Numbered from the stretch's first letter, positions 9,539 to 20,583 are shown. The stretch: 64,000 nucleotides of DNA from Candidatus Latescibacterota bacterium (GCA_965243025.1 CBDETY010000003.1:1600001-1664000), one strand, 5' to 3'. Notes: a model not told the origin generated them from the sequence alone. Numbers and translations: made by a program.

Positions 9539-9948
9539 GCTGTTTCTTCCCCTCTTTTTTGAAGCCCTTCCCATCGGGTATGCCAAAAGCGGCGATGCAC
9601 TCCCAAAAGGCCGGGCCGGTTGGTCGAATTGACCGCTGAGCCGAACAGGAAAGTTTCAAGATAGCTGCGTTGTTTCATTTGGGCAAGGAGGGATTACCTG
9701 CATTGAGGGCTTTTCGGGCGGGAGGACGATGGACCGAAACCGAGGCTCTCCAAATTGACTCGAAAGAGTCCCCTGGAGTCCGGGGAATTGGTGTAAGTTC
9801 CGGTTTGACAGGAAGATGCAGGGATGTCTATTTTCGGGCCCAATCGGTAATGCCCCGATACCGTTCCTTTTCTTCCCACCAGTTTCAGATCATCCTGCCG
9901 CCCCACCCGGGGGAATCAGAACCCGGCAAGCCTTGAACCGGTAATTCC

Positions 9949-11763
9949 GTGACAGATCCGAGCAAGCAGTTTTTAACGCGCAACTTCTGCATTATCGCCC
10001 ATATCGATCACGGCAAATCCACCCTTGCCGATCGCCTTCTCGAGTACACCGAAACCCTCGCTCCCAAGCAGATGCAGGACCAGGTCCTCGACAACATGGA
10101 CCTCGAGCGGGAGCGCGGGATAACAATCAAGGCGCACGCCGTGCACATGCAACACAGGGCCCGGGGCGGGGAAGAGTATGCCTTCAATCTGATCGACACC
10201 CCGGGGCACGTGGACTTCGCGTACGAGGTCTCGCGAAGCCTGGCCGCCTGCGAGGGAGCTGTGCTGGTGGTCGATGCCACCCAGGGTGTCGAAGCGCAGA
10301 CGGTGAGCAACCTCTTGCTCGCCATGGGTCACGACTTGGCGGTAATCCCCTGTATCAACAAGATCGATATGCCAGGTGCGCAGGTAGCCAGCGTCCGCCA
10401 ACAGATCGCCGACCTGATCGGGGAAGGAGCCGAAGAAGAGGTTATCTGCATCAGCGCCAGGGAGGGGATTGGAATCGAGAAGGTCACCCAGGCGATCGTC
10501 GATCGGGTCCCGCCTCCCACAGGTCAGGAAACAGGCCCCCTTCGAGCCCTGGTTTTCGATTCCCTCTACGACCAGTACCGGGGCGTCATCTGTTTCATCC
10601 GCGTCGTCGATGGAGAGATTCGCAAAGGGGGAAAAATACGCTTCCATTCAACGGGCAGGGAATACGAGGTGGAGGAGATCGGGCGACTGCGAATCGAGCG
10701 GATTCCGTGCGATTCACTCCAGGCGGGGGATGTCGGCTATCTGATTGCCGGAGTAAAGAGGCTCTCAGAAGCCCGTGTAGGTGACACTGTCCTCGACTCC
10801 GGAGCGGCAAAGGTCGATCCGCTTCCTGGATACATGCCCCTCAAACCGATGGTATTCAGCGGGGTTTACCCCGTCCACCCCGACCAGCACGCCGTACTTC
10901 GGGACGCCCTGGACCGACTGGGGTTGAACGACGCCGCCTTCACCTACGAACCGGAGACCTCGCCGGCCCTGGGGTTCGGTTTCCGCTGCGGATTCCTTGG
11001 GCTTCTGCACATGGAGATCGTTCAGGAGAGGCTGGATCGGGAGTATCAGATCGAAATCATCACCACCTTGCCGAACGTGCGCTACGAAGTCTCCACCAAA
11101 AGGGGGGAGGTGGTTGAGGTCGACAACCCCTCCCTGCTGCCGTCCCCGGGTGAAATCGACGAAATCCGCGAACCCATGCTTGACGCGCAGATCCTGGTTC
11201 CCAGCCAGTTCATCGGCAGTGTCATGCAGGTCGCCGAAGACCGCCGCGGTTCGTACGTAAACACCGAATACCTGGACGGCAGCCGCGCACTCCTCCATTA
11301 CGAGCTGCCACTCGCCGAAGTCGTCGTCGATTTCTACGACCGGCTGAAGTCGGTATCGCGGGGGTACGCATCGTTGGATTACGAGCACAGGGAGATGCGG
11401 GCAGGTCCCCTGCAGCGAGTCGACGTGCTGATCAACGGAGACCTGATGGACGCCCTGGCCGTTATCATTCACCGCGACAAGGCGCAGGACTGGGGACGCC
11501 GGTTGTGCGCCAAGCTCAAGGAGCTGATTCCGCGGCAGATGTTCGAAGTGGTGATCCAGGCGGCAATCGGCAGCAAGGTGATCGCTCGCGAGACCGTAAG
11601 GCCATTCCGGAAAAACGTGGTCGCCAAGTGCTACGGCGGCGATGTGACGCGCAAGCGCAAGCTGCTGGAGCGCCAGAAAGAGGGGAAGAAGCGGATGAAA
11701 CGGTTCGGCAACGTCGAAATCCCTCAGGAGGCATTTCTGGCCGCGCTCAGAATCGAGGACTGA
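9949..11763 (+). CDS. lepA: Translation elongation factor 4
   Basis: IAHIDHGKSTLADR, DTPGHVDF, GFRCGFLGLLH, KCYGGDVTRKRKLLE. Confidence 0.98.
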   Translation: MTDPSKQFLTRNFCIIAHIDHGKSTLADRLLEYTETLAPKQMQDQVLDNMDLERERGITIKAHAVHMQHRARGGEEYAFNLIDTPGHVDFAYEVSRSLAACEGAVLVVDATQGVEAQTVSNLLLAMGHDLAVIPCINKIDMPGAQVASVRQQIADLIGEGAEEEVICISAREGIGIEKVTQAIVDRVPPPTGQETGPLRALVFDSLYDQYRGVICFIRVVDGEIRKGGKIRFHSTGREYEVEEIGRLRIERIPCDSLQAGDVGYLIAGVKRLSEARVGDTVLDSGAAKVDPLPGYMPLKPMVFSGVYPVHPDQHAVLRDALDRLGLNDAAFTYEPETSPALGFGFRCGFLGLLHMEIVQERLDREYQIEIITTLPNVRYEVSTKRGEVVEVDNPSLLPSPGEIDEIREPMLDAQILVPSQFIGSVMQVAEDRRGSYVNTEYLDGSRALLHYELPLAEVVVDFYDRLKSVSRGYASLDYEHREMRAGPLQRVDVLINGDLMDALAVIIHRDKAQDWGRRLCAKLKELIPRQMFEVVIQAAIGSKVIARETVRPFRKNVVAKCYGGDVTRKRKLLERQKEGKKRMKRFGNVEIPQEAFLAALRIED

Positions 11764-12509
11764 TGGCGGCGCGAGGCAGACCCGCTGATATGGGACGCAG
11801 TAAAACCACCAGGAAAAAAGCGAGTCCGGGAAAGCTGGTACGTGCGAAGAAAAAGGAGAAGGCATGGAAAAAAGCGCCTGTCCTGACAGCGGTGGCGGCA
11901 GCAGGCCTGACGGCCGCTCTCTTCCTTGACGGCTACCGGATTCCTTCCCGTTCCATGGAGGACACCGTTCTCTACGGGGATTACCTCCTGATCGAAAAAA
12001 TCTCATACGGCGCCCGAATCCCGTTTACGAAAATCCGCCTTCCCGGGGTGCGGGACCCGCGCCCCGGTGACGTGGTTATTTTCCGGGCGCCGGACAGCCA
12101 TCGACTGTACGCAAAGAGGTGCGTTGCAGTGGGCGGACAGAGAATCGAGGTGAGGAGAAAGGTGCTGTATGTTGACGGTGTCCGGCTGCGGGATCCGCCG
12201 TTCTCCAAGTACCTCGATCCCCGTGTATACGAGGCCTCGCAAACTCCAAGGGACAACATGGCCCCGATCGAAGTCCCGGACGGCCATCTGTTTCTCGTCG
12301 GGGACAACCGCGACAACAGCCGGGACAGCCGTCACTGGGGGCCGCTGCCCAACGAACTCGCAGTCGGACGCGGCCTCCTGGTGTGCTGGTCGTCGGAACC
12401 CGAAGTCCCGGATCGAGGGGACGGGAACCCCCGGGTTTCCTCTTTCGACTCGATTCGCTCCCTGCCCTGGCGGATCCGGTGGTCGCGGCTGGGAGATGCG
12501 GTGATCTGA
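11763..12509 (+). CDS. lepB: Signal peptidase I
   Basis: IPSRSMEDT (catalytic Ser), YAKRC (Lys), GDNRDNSRDSR. TGATG coupling to lepA. Confidence 0.93.
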   Translation: MAARGRPADMGRSKTTRKKASPGKLVRAKKKEKAWKKAPVLTAVAAAGLTAALFLDGYRIPSRSMEDTVLYGDYLLIEKISYGARIPFTKIRLPGVRDPRPGDVVIFRAPDSHRLYAKRCVAVGGQRIEVRRKVLYVDGVRLRDPPFSKYLDPRVYEASQTPRDNMAPIEVPDGHLFLVGDNRDNSRDSRHWGPLPNELAVGRGLLVCWSSEPEVPDRGDGNPRVSSFDSIRSLPWRIRWSRLGDAVI

Positions 12510-13681
12510 TGACCGCCTCCCTTCACAGGAAAACGAAACGGGCGGGGTTGTACGTGCATATTCCGTTCTGCCCGCAGCACTGTCCCTATTGCGGCTTTGC
12601 CGTGGTCGCGGGCAGGCGGTCCTACCACGAGCGTTACGTCGATGCGGTGTGCCGGGAACTGGCATGCCGTGGGGAGGAGATCCAGGGTCTGTTCGCTACG
12701 GTCTATTTCGGCGGCGGTACTCCCAGCCGCCTCGAGGCACCCCACCTTTCCCGGATTCTCGAAACCGCCGACAGCACCTGCGGGATCGCAGCGGATTGCG
12801 AGATCACCATGGAAGCGAATCCGGGAAGAGAGGACAGCGCCCGGTTCGGAGACTTCCGGAAGATCGGGTTCAACCGCATCAGTATCGGGGCCCAGTCGTT
12901 CCGCGACTCCTGCCTGAAAAAGCTTGGCCGTCTTCACTCCGCCGTCGACGCGGAGGCGGCCTTCGAATCCGCTCGAAGGGCGGGGTTCGCCAGCGTCAAT
13001 CTCGACCTGATCTTTGCCGTTCCGGGAGCGCCACGCAGCGATTGGCAGGGGACCCTGGACACTGTCATACGTCTCTCTCCCGACCATGTATCGACCTATT
13101 CATTGACGATAGAGGAAGGGACCAGGCTGGAGAAACAGGTTGCTTCAGGCCGCGTTCGACCGCAATCCGAGGATGAAGAGGCGGAACAGTTCTCCCTGGG
13201 AATCGAAGCGCTTTCCCGAGCGGGGTACGAGCAGTACGAGGTGTCGAACTTCGCCAGGCCCGGCCATCGTTGCCGTCACAATTCGGCATACTGGTCCCGT
13301 GGGGAGTACCTCGGGGTAGGCATGTCGGCGCACAGCCATTTGAAGGGAGTGCGCAGCTGGAACCGTGCCGGCCTGCACGAATACCTGGGCGCGGTTGAAG
13401 GGGGAGATTCCCCTGCAGCGGGGCAGGAGTTCATCGACCCGTCCACCGGGAACAGGGAGCGCCTGTTTCTCGGGCTGCGCACCAGGGACGGAGTGGCCTT
13501 GAGCAAAAGGGAGAGGCTGCGTCTCTGGAACGAACTGAAGGGGGTTCCACTTGTGACGGAGGGCTATCTCGAGATGGGAGACAGCCATGTGCGGCTCACG
13601 CCAAAAGGGATGCCGGTGGCCGACGCGATCAGCGTCGAGATGGCGGAGCTGTTCGAGCACTGCGCGCGCGGGCCGGCGTGA
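12509..13681 (+). CDS. hemW: Radical SAM heme chaperone HemW
   Basis: LYVHIPFCPQHCPYC, YFGGGTPS, YEVSNFA, HNSAYW. Confidence 0.92.
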   Translation: MTASLHRKTKRAGLYVHIPFCPQHCPYCGFAVVAGRRSYHERYVDAVCRELACRGEEIQGLFATVYFGGGTPSRLEAPHLSRILETADSTCGIAADCEITMEANPGREDSARFGDFRKIGFNRISIGAQSFRDSCLKKLGRLHSAVDAEAAFESARRAGFASVNLDLIFAVPGAPRSDWQGTLDTVIRLSPDHVSTYSLTIEEGTRLEKQVASGRVRPQSEDEEAEQFSLGIEALSRAGYEQYEVSNFARPGHRCRHNSAYWSRGEYLGVGMSAHSHLKGVRSWNRAGLHEYLGAVEGGDSPAAGQEFIDPSTGNRERLFLGLRTRDGVALSKRERLRLWNELKGVPLVTEGYLEMGDSHVRLTPKGMPVADAISVEMAELFEHCARGPA

Positions 13682-14583
13682 GGGTCCGGGTGACAGTGCC
13701 GGCTTCCACCGCCAACCTGGGGCCGGGCTTCGACTGCATCGGGCTGGCGCTCTCCCTCCACCACACTCTCGACGTCACCGAACGGTCCGGATCCGGGGTC
13801 GAAATCTCCCTGAACGGGGAGGGTTCCGAGGCCCTTCCGGGTGACGAGACCAACCCGATGTTTGTCGCCATGTCCACGGCATTCGAAGAATCCGGGTATC
13901 GACCCGGATTTCTGAAGGTGGAGTCGAACAACAGCATTCCCCTGGCCCGGGGGCTCGGGAGCAGCGCCGCGGCGACGCTGGCCGGACTCGCCGCGGCTGC
14001 AGCTCTGGCCGGGGAGGTCGACCGCGGGCAGCTGCTGGCGCAGGCGTCGGCAAGGGAGGGACACGCCGACAATGTCTGTGCCAGTCTTTTCGGGGGATTC
14101 TGCGTGACCGCTCACGCAGCCGGGACGGCCGATTTCGTGCAGCTTCCCGCGCCACTGGAACTGGAGGCCGCCGTTGTCGTTCCGGACTTCGAGCTGGACA
14201 CCATCTCCTCGCGGGCTGCCTTGCCCGTTACTGTCCCGTTCGGCGACGCGGTCGCCAACCAGGCCCGGGTCGCCCTTCTTACCGCGGCGGTCGCCTCTGG
14301 TGAAGTAGAGCTGCTGCCCCGTGCGATGGGCGACCTGCTGCACCAGCCGTACCGTCTCGGGCTGGTCCCCGGAATGCAGGCGGTGTGTGACGCAGCCATG
14401 GAGGCAGGAGCCCTCGGCGCCGCACTGAGCGGTTCGGGTCCCTCCATGGTCGCACTGGTGCGAGCGGGGGACGAGACTCCCGGAAAGGCGATGCGGGAAG
14501 CCTGGAGAAACAGCAGCATCGAAAGCCGCCTCCTGCAGCTCCCCTTCGACGATGCCGGCCTCGTGGTGGAAATCCATGAGTGA
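13678..14583 (+). CDS. thrB: Homoserine kinase
   Basis: VPASTANLGPGFD, PLARGLGSSAAA, EGHADN, LSGSGPS. Confidence 0.95.
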   Translation: MRVRVTVPASTANLGPGFDCIGLALSLHHTLDVTERSGSGVEISLNGEGSEALPGDETNPMFVAMSTAFEESGYRPGFLKVESNNSIPLARGLGSSAAATLAGLAAAAALAGEVDRGQLLAQASAREGHADNVCASLFGGFCVTAHAAGTADFVQLPAPLELEAAVVVPDFELDTISSRAALPVTVPFGDAVANQARVALLTAAVASGEVELLPRAMGDLLHQPYRLGLVPGMQAVCDAAMEAGALGAALSGSGPSMVALVRAGDETPGKAMREAWRNSSIESRLLQLPFDDAGLVVEIHE

Positions 14584-15796
14584 ATCCGAACGATCTCTCC
14601 GGGACGAAAAGAACCTTCTCGATTACCTGTTGGTACTGGCGAGGTGGCGACGCTTCATCGCGACATCGACACTGGCAGTGACGGTCGCCGCCGTTGTAGC
14701 AAGCCTGCTGTTGCCTCAAACCTGGACAGCGCAGACGAAGCTGCTGCCTCCGGAAGAAGAAGGAGGAGCACGGATAGGGCTGTCGCTCTTCATGGGGAAC
14801 GCGATGCCGGCGGGTCTCCGGGGTCTGGTTGGAGGGGCAACTCCATCGGAGCGATTGATAACCTTTCTCGAAAGCAACCGGGTCGCCGGCGGGACCGTCG
14901 ACGAGTTCGAATTGGTTTCCCTCTACGAGGTGGAGCACCGGGACAGAGCGATAGAAATCCTGCGCAACCAGATCGATTACGAGTTGGAAGAGGACGGCTC
15001 GTTGACGATTCGCGTCATCGCGGATGACCCGCAACTTGCTGCCGACCTGACCAATGGGGTTGCCAGACAGCTCGACAGCGTCAATCGCCGGTTCAAGCGC
15101 CAGCAGGCACGCGGCCTGAGGGAGTTCCTTGAAAAGCGAATCGAGCTGACCGAAGAAGAACTCAGGCTGAGCGCGAAATCGTTGCAGTCATTTCAGGAGC
15201 AACACGGATTGGTCGATCTCCAGGCCCAGACCGGCGCCGCCGTCGATGTCCTGAAGGGAATCGTCATCGAGCTGGCCGAACTCGAGGTCGAGCTCAGCCT
15301 TCTGGAGCGCCAGCTCCATCCTCAGCACGAAGACCGAAAGCTGTACGAGCTGAAGGTCACCGCCCTGCGTGACCAGATGAAGAAGCTCCAGGGGGAGCTG
15401 GCAATGACAGGGAATTACCCGGGACAACCCGGATACGCCGAGCCCCTCGAGTCCCTCGGTCCGCCTCTTCGCGAACTGCCAGGGTTGATGCTCGAGCACT
15501 CCGAACTCACCCTCGCAGTCGACCTGCGCGCTGAGATCATCCGTTTCCTCGGGACCAAGTTCGAAGAGGCGAAATACCGCGAGGCCCTCAACACTCCCAC
15601 CCTGCAGATTCTCGACCCGGCGACGCCCCCTCGCACCCGCAGCGGCCCGCGACGAACCCTGATCGTCGCAGGAGCCTTCGCGGTGAGCGCGCTCCTCAGC
15701 GGGGTCCTCGCGTTTCTCTTCGAGGCCTGCAACCGGCTGGACGGAACGAACCGTGACAAGCTCGGTTCCATCCGCAGGGAGCTCAAAGGCCGGTAA
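14576..15796 (+). CDS. Wzz/GumC-family polysaccharide chain-length determinant (no kinase domain)
   Basis: N-terminal TM after LLDYLLVL, coiled-coil periplasmic region, ILDPATPP..SGPRR before the C-terminal TM. Confidence 0.85.
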   Translation: MSESERSLRDEKNLLDYLLVLARWRRFIATSTLAVTVAAVVASLLLPQTWTAQTKLLPPEEEGGARIGLSLFMGNAMPAGLRGLVGGATPSERLITFLESNRVAGGTVDEFELVSLYEVEHRDRAIEILRNQIDYELEEDGSLTIRVIADDPQLAADLTNGVARQLDSVNRRFKRQQARGLREFLEKRIELTEEELRLSAKSLQSFQEQHGLVDLQAQTGAAVDVLKGIVIELAELEVELSLLERQLHPQHEDRKLYELKVTALRDQMKKLQGELAMTGNYPGQPGYAEPLESLGPPLRELPGLMLEHSELTLAVDLRAEIIRFLGTKFEEAKYREALNTPTLQILDPATPPRTRSGPRRTLIVAGAFAVSALLSGVLAFLFEACNRLDGTNRDKLGSIRRELKGR

Positions 15797-16048
15797 TCCC
15801 GCTCGCCTCTGGTTCGTTCTCCTTTAACCGCAGGTTCCGCCGCAGATCCAGGCGTGGATTCCTGGAGCGGACGGAAGGGCAATGGAGCCGCGGCATCGCC
15901 ATGCTGGAATTCACGGTGGGAAGCTCACGTGAATTTCGCAGGAGTTGGAGAGAACCTCGAGGCTGCTGTTGCCTTCAGGAATGAACGAAACTACCCGGTT
16001 GCGGGAAGGTTAAAACGGAGTGGATGGCGAAGCAGGAAAAGGGGTGGG

Positions 16049-16134
16049 TGGTGGGGGGAGCAGGATTCGAACCTGCGAAGGCGTACGCCAGTAGATTTAC
16101 AGTCTACCCCCGTTGACCACTTGGGTATCCCCCC
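16049..16134 (-). tRNA. tRNA-Tyr(GTA)
   Basis: GGGGGGATACCCAAGTGGTCAACGGGGGTAGACTGTAAATCTAC...GGTTCGAATCC...CCA, long variable arm. Confidence 0.97.
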
Positions 16135-16332
16135 CTTCCGAGGCGGCAGAAGAAGGTAGTTCACAGCCCTGAAGTGTCAACAGAATCGCCACTGGAATAC
16201 GGTTTCGGCGCCGAACATCTCCTCTGCAACCGCTGCTGAGGCCGCTGGATCATTTGCCGTGCCCGGACGGTTTCTCCAGTTTCTGATTTGCCGCGATTCA
16301 CAACTAGGTTGGAGAGGAGCATCGATCTGGAT

Positions 16333-17319
16333 ATGGCGGGAACGGTTCGAGTCGCCGTCACCGGGGCAGCGGGACAAATCGGGTACGCCTTGCTGCCCCG
16401 ACTGGCTTCGGGTGAGATCTTCGGAGCCGACACCAAGGTCGCCCTTAACCTGCTTGAAATAACCCCGGCCCTGCCCGCCCTCGACGGTGTGGTGATGGAA
16501 CTGGACGACTGCGCCTTTCCCTTGTTGACTGACGTAGTTGCTACCGACAGGGCGGAGGTCGCCTTCGACGGGGTCAACTGGGCCCTGCTTGTCGGCGCCA
16601 AACCGCGGGGAAAGGGGATGGAGCGGGGAGACCTCCTGCGGGAAAACGGCCCGATCTTCGTCGGTCAAGGCCAGGCATTGGCGAAGGCGGCCGGGGATGT
16701 CAGAGTCCTGGTGGTCGGCAATCCCGCCAATACCAACTGCCTGATTGCTATGAGCCAGGGGGTCAAGGCGGGTATCCCCGCCGGGCGTTTCCACGCCATG
16801 ACCCGGCTGGACCAGAACCGGGCAATGACCCAACTCTCCAGGAAGGCGGGCGTCCCCGTGACTTCGGTGACCAACGTTGCGATCTGGGGCAACCATAGCG
16901 CGACGCAGTACCCGGACGCCGAAAATGCCCGAATAGGCGGCAAGTCCGCAGCCGAAGTCATCGACGACCAGGACTGGATACAGGGCGAATTCATCGAGAT
17001 CATTCAGCAGCGCGGGGCGGCTGTAATTGGCGCCCGCGGCCTGTCGTCGGCCGCCTCGGCGGCCAACGCCGCCCTCGATCACGTGACCAGCATGCAGTCT
17101 CCGACGCCGGAGGGGGACTGGTTTTCAGCGGCAGTTCCCTCCGAGGGCAGCTACGGGATCGCTCCCGGTGTCATCTTTTCCTACCCTGTCAGGAGCGACG
17201 GCAGCGGCAATTGCAAGGTGGTTCGGGATCTTCCCCTGAGCGACTTCGCCCGGCGGAAGATCGATGCCACCAACACCGAGCTTCGCGAAGAAAAATCGGT
17301 GGTGGAAGACCTGCTGTAG
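16333..17319 (+). CDS. mdh: Malate dehydrogenase (dimeric MDH2 type)
   Basis: [46 protein letters not shown]. Confidence 0.95.
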   Translation: MAGTVRVAVTGAAGQIGYALLPRLASGEIFGADTKVALNLLEITPALPALDGVVMELDDCAFPLLTDVVATDRAEVAFDGVNWALLVGAKPRGKGMERGDLLRENGPIFVGQGQALAKAAGDVRVLVVGNPANTNCLIAMSQGVKAGIPAGRFHAMTRLDQNRAMTQLSRKAGVPVTSVTNVAIWGNHSATQYPDAENARIGGKSAAEVIDDQDWIQGEFIEIIQQRGAAVIGARGLSSAASAANAALDHVTSMQSPTPEGDWFSAAVPSEGSYGIAPGVIFSYPVRSDGSGNCKVVRDLPLSDFARRKIDATNTELREEKSVVEDLL

Positions 17320-17326
17320 GATCCGG

Positions 17327-18094
17327 CTGCCCATCGAAGAATACACAGGTCCCCAGGCGCAGTACTACGACCAGTACTTCACCGGGATCGACGGCGACCT
17401 CGATTTCTATCTGCTCGCCGCCGGGCAGGCTGGTTCACCAATCCTGGAATTGGGGTGCGGCAGCGGGCGCATCCTGATCCCGATAGCAGAAACCGGCAAG
17501 GCCGTGGTCGGCATAGAGCGCTCGGCGGAGATGCTCCGGCAGTTGCCGCCCAGGCTCTCCGGGCTCCGGCAACTCCGCAGCGGAAGGGCGCATGCCATTC
17601 GCGGAGATATGCGCGATTTCCGTCTTCGGGAGCAGTTCGCCCTGGTTATCGTCCCGTACCGCGCTTTTCAGCATCTGCTGAGCGACGCCGATCAGCGGCG
17701 CTGCCTGCAGCGGATACGCGAGCATCTGCGCCCCGGAGGCGCGCTGGTACTCGACACCTTCGATTGCGAATTCCTCGACGAACAGCCTGAGCCGGCTCTC
17801 GACACCAGCTTTTCGGCCGGCAGCGGCCTCACCGTCGACGTCCGCTACACACGCCATATCGACGCCGATGCCGGCGTTCTCCGGCAGCAGCTGATCTTCG
17901 ACGAGCGCGACGAAAACGGCCGGTTGCTGCGAAGCCGGACAACAGCGCTGTTGTTGCGCTGCTGCTCCAGGGTTCACATGGAAGGGATTTTGCGAGGCAG
18001 CGGTTTCGAGGTGGCGGCGCTGTACGGTGGTTTTCACGGGGAGCCGGTTGCCGAAGGCGGAGTACAGGTATGGGTAGCTGTCGAGGGGAAGTGA
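17327..18094 (+). CDS. Class I SAM-dependent methyltransferase
   Basis: ILELGCGSGR motif I, GDMRDF, HLRPGG. Start codon uncertain. Confidence 0.85.
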   Translation: MPIEEYTGPQAQYYDQYFTGIDGDLDFYLLAAGQAGSPILELGCGSGRILIPIAETGKAVVGIERSAEMLRQLPPRLSGLRQLRSGRAHAIRGDMRDFRLREQFALVIVPYRAFQHLLSDADQRRCLQRIREHLRPGGALVLDTFDCEFLDEQPEPALDTSFSAGSGLTVDVRYTRHIDADAGVLRQQLIFDERDENGRLLRSRTTALLLRCCSRVHMEGILRGSGFEVAALYGGFHGEPVAEGGVQVWVAVEGK

Positions 18095-19041
18095 AAACAC
18101 AACCGCAGAAAAAGGAAGGAACCACCATCGGGAACCGAACACAGGCTGACAGCTGGTCGGGGATTTTCGCCATAATCATCACCCCTTTTTCCGATTCCCT
18201 GGAACTCGACGAGGAGGGGCTGCGAAGGCAGGTGGAACTCTGTGTCGAAGGGGGAGTCCGCGGTGTCGTCGGGCCGGCGAACGCGAGCGAGTTCACCACC
18301 CTTTCCGACAGTGAACGCAGGCGCTGGCTGGAAACCGCGGTCAGCGCGGCGCAGGGACGCCTGCCGGTAATCGCCTCGATCACCTCCGGCCACGAGCTGC
18401 CTGCCGTCGAACTCGGCAGGTTCGCCGAAGGCATAGGTGCCTCGGGGGTGATGTCGATGCCGCCGCTGGTTTTGCCCCGGGAAGCGGATGGGTGTTTCCG
18501 GTATTTCGAACACCTCTCGAGCCAGCTGAGCGTCCCCGTCATCGTGCAGAATTTCGGCGCTCCGCTCGGGACTCCGATGAGCCCCGAGCTGCTGGCGCGA
18601 ATCTGCCGGGAGTTGGAGGGGGTCGACTACATCAAGGAGGAGGTGGCGCCGGAACCACAGCGTATTTCGGCAACGCTGTCAGCCACAGGGCCCGCATGCA
18701 AAGGAATATTCGGCGGCCAGGGCGGAATCTTTCTTATTGACGAATACCTGCGCGGGGCGGCAGGCAACATGCCCGGTTCTCACAATGCGGACCTGCTCGC
18801 TTCCATCTGGGGCAAGCTGGAGCGGGGCGCCGAGGAGGAGGCCCGCGCCCTTTTCGAACGCATCCTGCCCTTGATGAGCTACGAGAGGTTGTACGGACTG
18901 GCCGTTTACAAGGAGGTCCTCGTGAGAAGGGGCCTCAGTTCAACCGCGAAAAGAAGAATCCCGGGCCCGAACCTGGATGCGTTCGACCGCCGCGAGCTCG
19001 ATCGCATTCTCGTAGACCTCGACTCCCTGCTGAAGCTCTGA
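18091..19041 (+). CDS. DapA/NanA-family aldolase/dehydratase, substrate unknown
   Basis: IITPFSD, GPANASEF, Schiff-base YIKEE motif. Confidence 0.85.
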   Translation: MKTQPQKKEGTTIGNRTQADSWSGIFAIIITPFSDSLELDEEGLRRQVELCVEGGVRGVVGPANASEFTTLSDSERRRWLETAVSAAQGRLPVIASITSGHELPAVELGRFAEGIGASGVMSMPPLVLPREADGCFRYFEHLSSQLSVPVIVQNFGAPLGTPMSPELLARICRELEGVDYIKEEVAPEPQRISATLSATGPACKGIFGGQGGIFLIDEYLRGAAGNMPGSHNADLLASIWGKLERGAEEEARALFERILPLMSYERLYGLAVYKEVLVRRGLSSTAKRRIPGPNLDAFDRRELDRILVDLDSLLKL

Positions 19042-19093
19042 CCCCGGCGTTACCGGGCAAGCCCCGCAGCCTGCCTTTGTCATTTCATGCGTC

Positions 19094-20338
19094 TCACAAA
19101 CCGCTCTGACCCGCGTGGTTGAGTGCCCGGGCGGAAACGCCGAGGACGCCGAGAAACCCCTGGGAATCGCGGTGGTCGAATTCACCGATTTCCTCCATTG
19201 AAGAGGTGTCGGCGTCGTACAGGCTGTGCGGCGCGTCAGCGGCAGCGCAAAAGGACACGTTTCCCTTGTAGAGTGTCGAGGAAATCGTTCCGGTTGCCAT
19301 GCGGCTCAGCTGTTTCATGAAAGCCCATGAGGCCCGGGTCGCGGTGTCGAACCCGTATCCCTGGTATATCTGTTCGGCTATGTGCGCCGATATCTGATCG
19401 TACAACCGCCGGCAGCGGCGGTCGAGAATCAACTGCAGCAGGTACTCGTAGCTGCGGCCCAGAAGCTCCATTCCGGGCGCCTCGTACACCCCCCGGGACT
19501 TGATGCCGACAAAGCGGTTTTCGACGGTGTGCAAACCGATCCCCACCCCATTGCGGCCGGCGATCTCATTGCAAGCCTCGATCGCTCCTACCGGGTCAAC
19601 CTCGTTCTGTCCGATTTTGACAGGCAGGCCGCTCTCAAAGTGGATGTCGACAGTCTCGGGTTCGTTCGCAGCGTCCACTGGGAACACTCCCATCCCCGGA
19701 TCGATCCGGGAAGCCGGGGTTGCCAGGTCCTCGAGCTCACCTGCTTCGTGGGTCAATCCCAGCATGTTGGCGTCTGTCGAATAAGGGGAATCGTGAGTCG
19801 CCCTGACCGGCAGGCCGTGGCCGCTGCAGTAGTCGATCATCTGTCGGCGGCCTCCGAACTCCTGAAGGAAAGCAGGGTCGCGCCAGGGAGCGTACACCCC
19901 GATGGCGGGATCGAGCATCTGGGCCGCCAGTTCGAAGCGCACCTGATCGTTGCCGCGGCCGGTGCAGCCGTGGCCCAGAATCCCGACCCCGTGCTGCCGC
20001 AAAACCGGAATCATTCCGGCCACGACCACGTGGCGGGCAATGGCGGTGGTATTCCAGTACCCGCCTTCGTAGCGCGCCGATGCCTGAATCAGCTGCAATC
20101 CAGCAGCGGCGATTTCAGGCCTGAGATCATCGAGAATGGCCTCCTTGGCGCCGCAGGCCAGCATGCGATTGCGCACATCCTCGATGTCGTCCTCATCCGG
20201 CTGACCGAGGTCCGCGGTGTAGGCAATTACCCCGACTCCCTGCCGAGCGAGCCAGTGGGTAATGGTGCAGCTGTCCAGTCCACCGGACACTGCCATGAGA
20301 ACGGTCCGCCCCTTGAGATCGGTGGCCCTGATTTCCAT
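19094..20338 (-). CDS. argG: Argininosuccinate synthase
   Basis: AVSGGLDS, HGCTGRGNDQVRFE, YSTDANMLG, ENRFVGIKSRGVYEAPG. Confidence 0.95.
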   Translation of the reverse strand: MEIRATDLKGRTVLMAVSGGLDSCTITHWLARQGVGVIAYTADLGQPDEDDIEDVRNRMLACGAKEAILDDLRPEIAAAGLQLIQASARYEGGYWNTTAIARHVVVAGMIPVLRQHGVGILGHGCTGRGNDQVRFELAAQMLDPAIGVYAPWRDPAFLQEFGGRRQMIDYCSGHGLPVRATHDSPYSTDANMLGLTHEAGELEDLATPASRIDPGMGVFPVDAANEPETVDIHFESGLPVKIGQNEVDPVGAIEACNEIAGRNGVGIGLHTVENRFVGIKSRGVYEAPGMELLGRSYEYLLQLILDRRCRRLYDQISAHIAEQIYQGYGFDTATRASWAFMKQLSRMATGTISSTLYKGNVSFCAAADAPHSLYDADTSSMEEIGEFDHRDSQGFLGVLGVSARALNHAGQSGL

Positions 20339-20402
20339 CTGTTTTAAGTCTCCTCTCGATGAAACCGGGAAGGCCGGTTTCAACAGTCAGGCCGCAGGAA
20401 AA

Positions 20403-20440
20403 ATGTAATAATTATGCATATCTAAGCATAATTATTACTG
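20403..20440. promoter_or_regulatory. Tandem ARG boxes (ArgR operator) upstream of argG
   Basis: atGTAATAATTATGCAta-tc-taAGCATAATTATTACtg: two 18-bp boxes 2 bp apart, abutting a minus-strand TTGACA (20439-20444). Confidence 0.8.
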
Positions 20441-20583
20441 TCAAGATTGCCAAATCGACCGGAGTATCCCGCTCGACCAATCCAGGTTGTCTGCCGGCCT
20501 TTGCAAACCGGCAGACAACGACCGGCCCCCGTAAATGCAGTGAGCGATGTTTGTTTGGGCCATCGCTCGGTAGAGTTCTTCCC

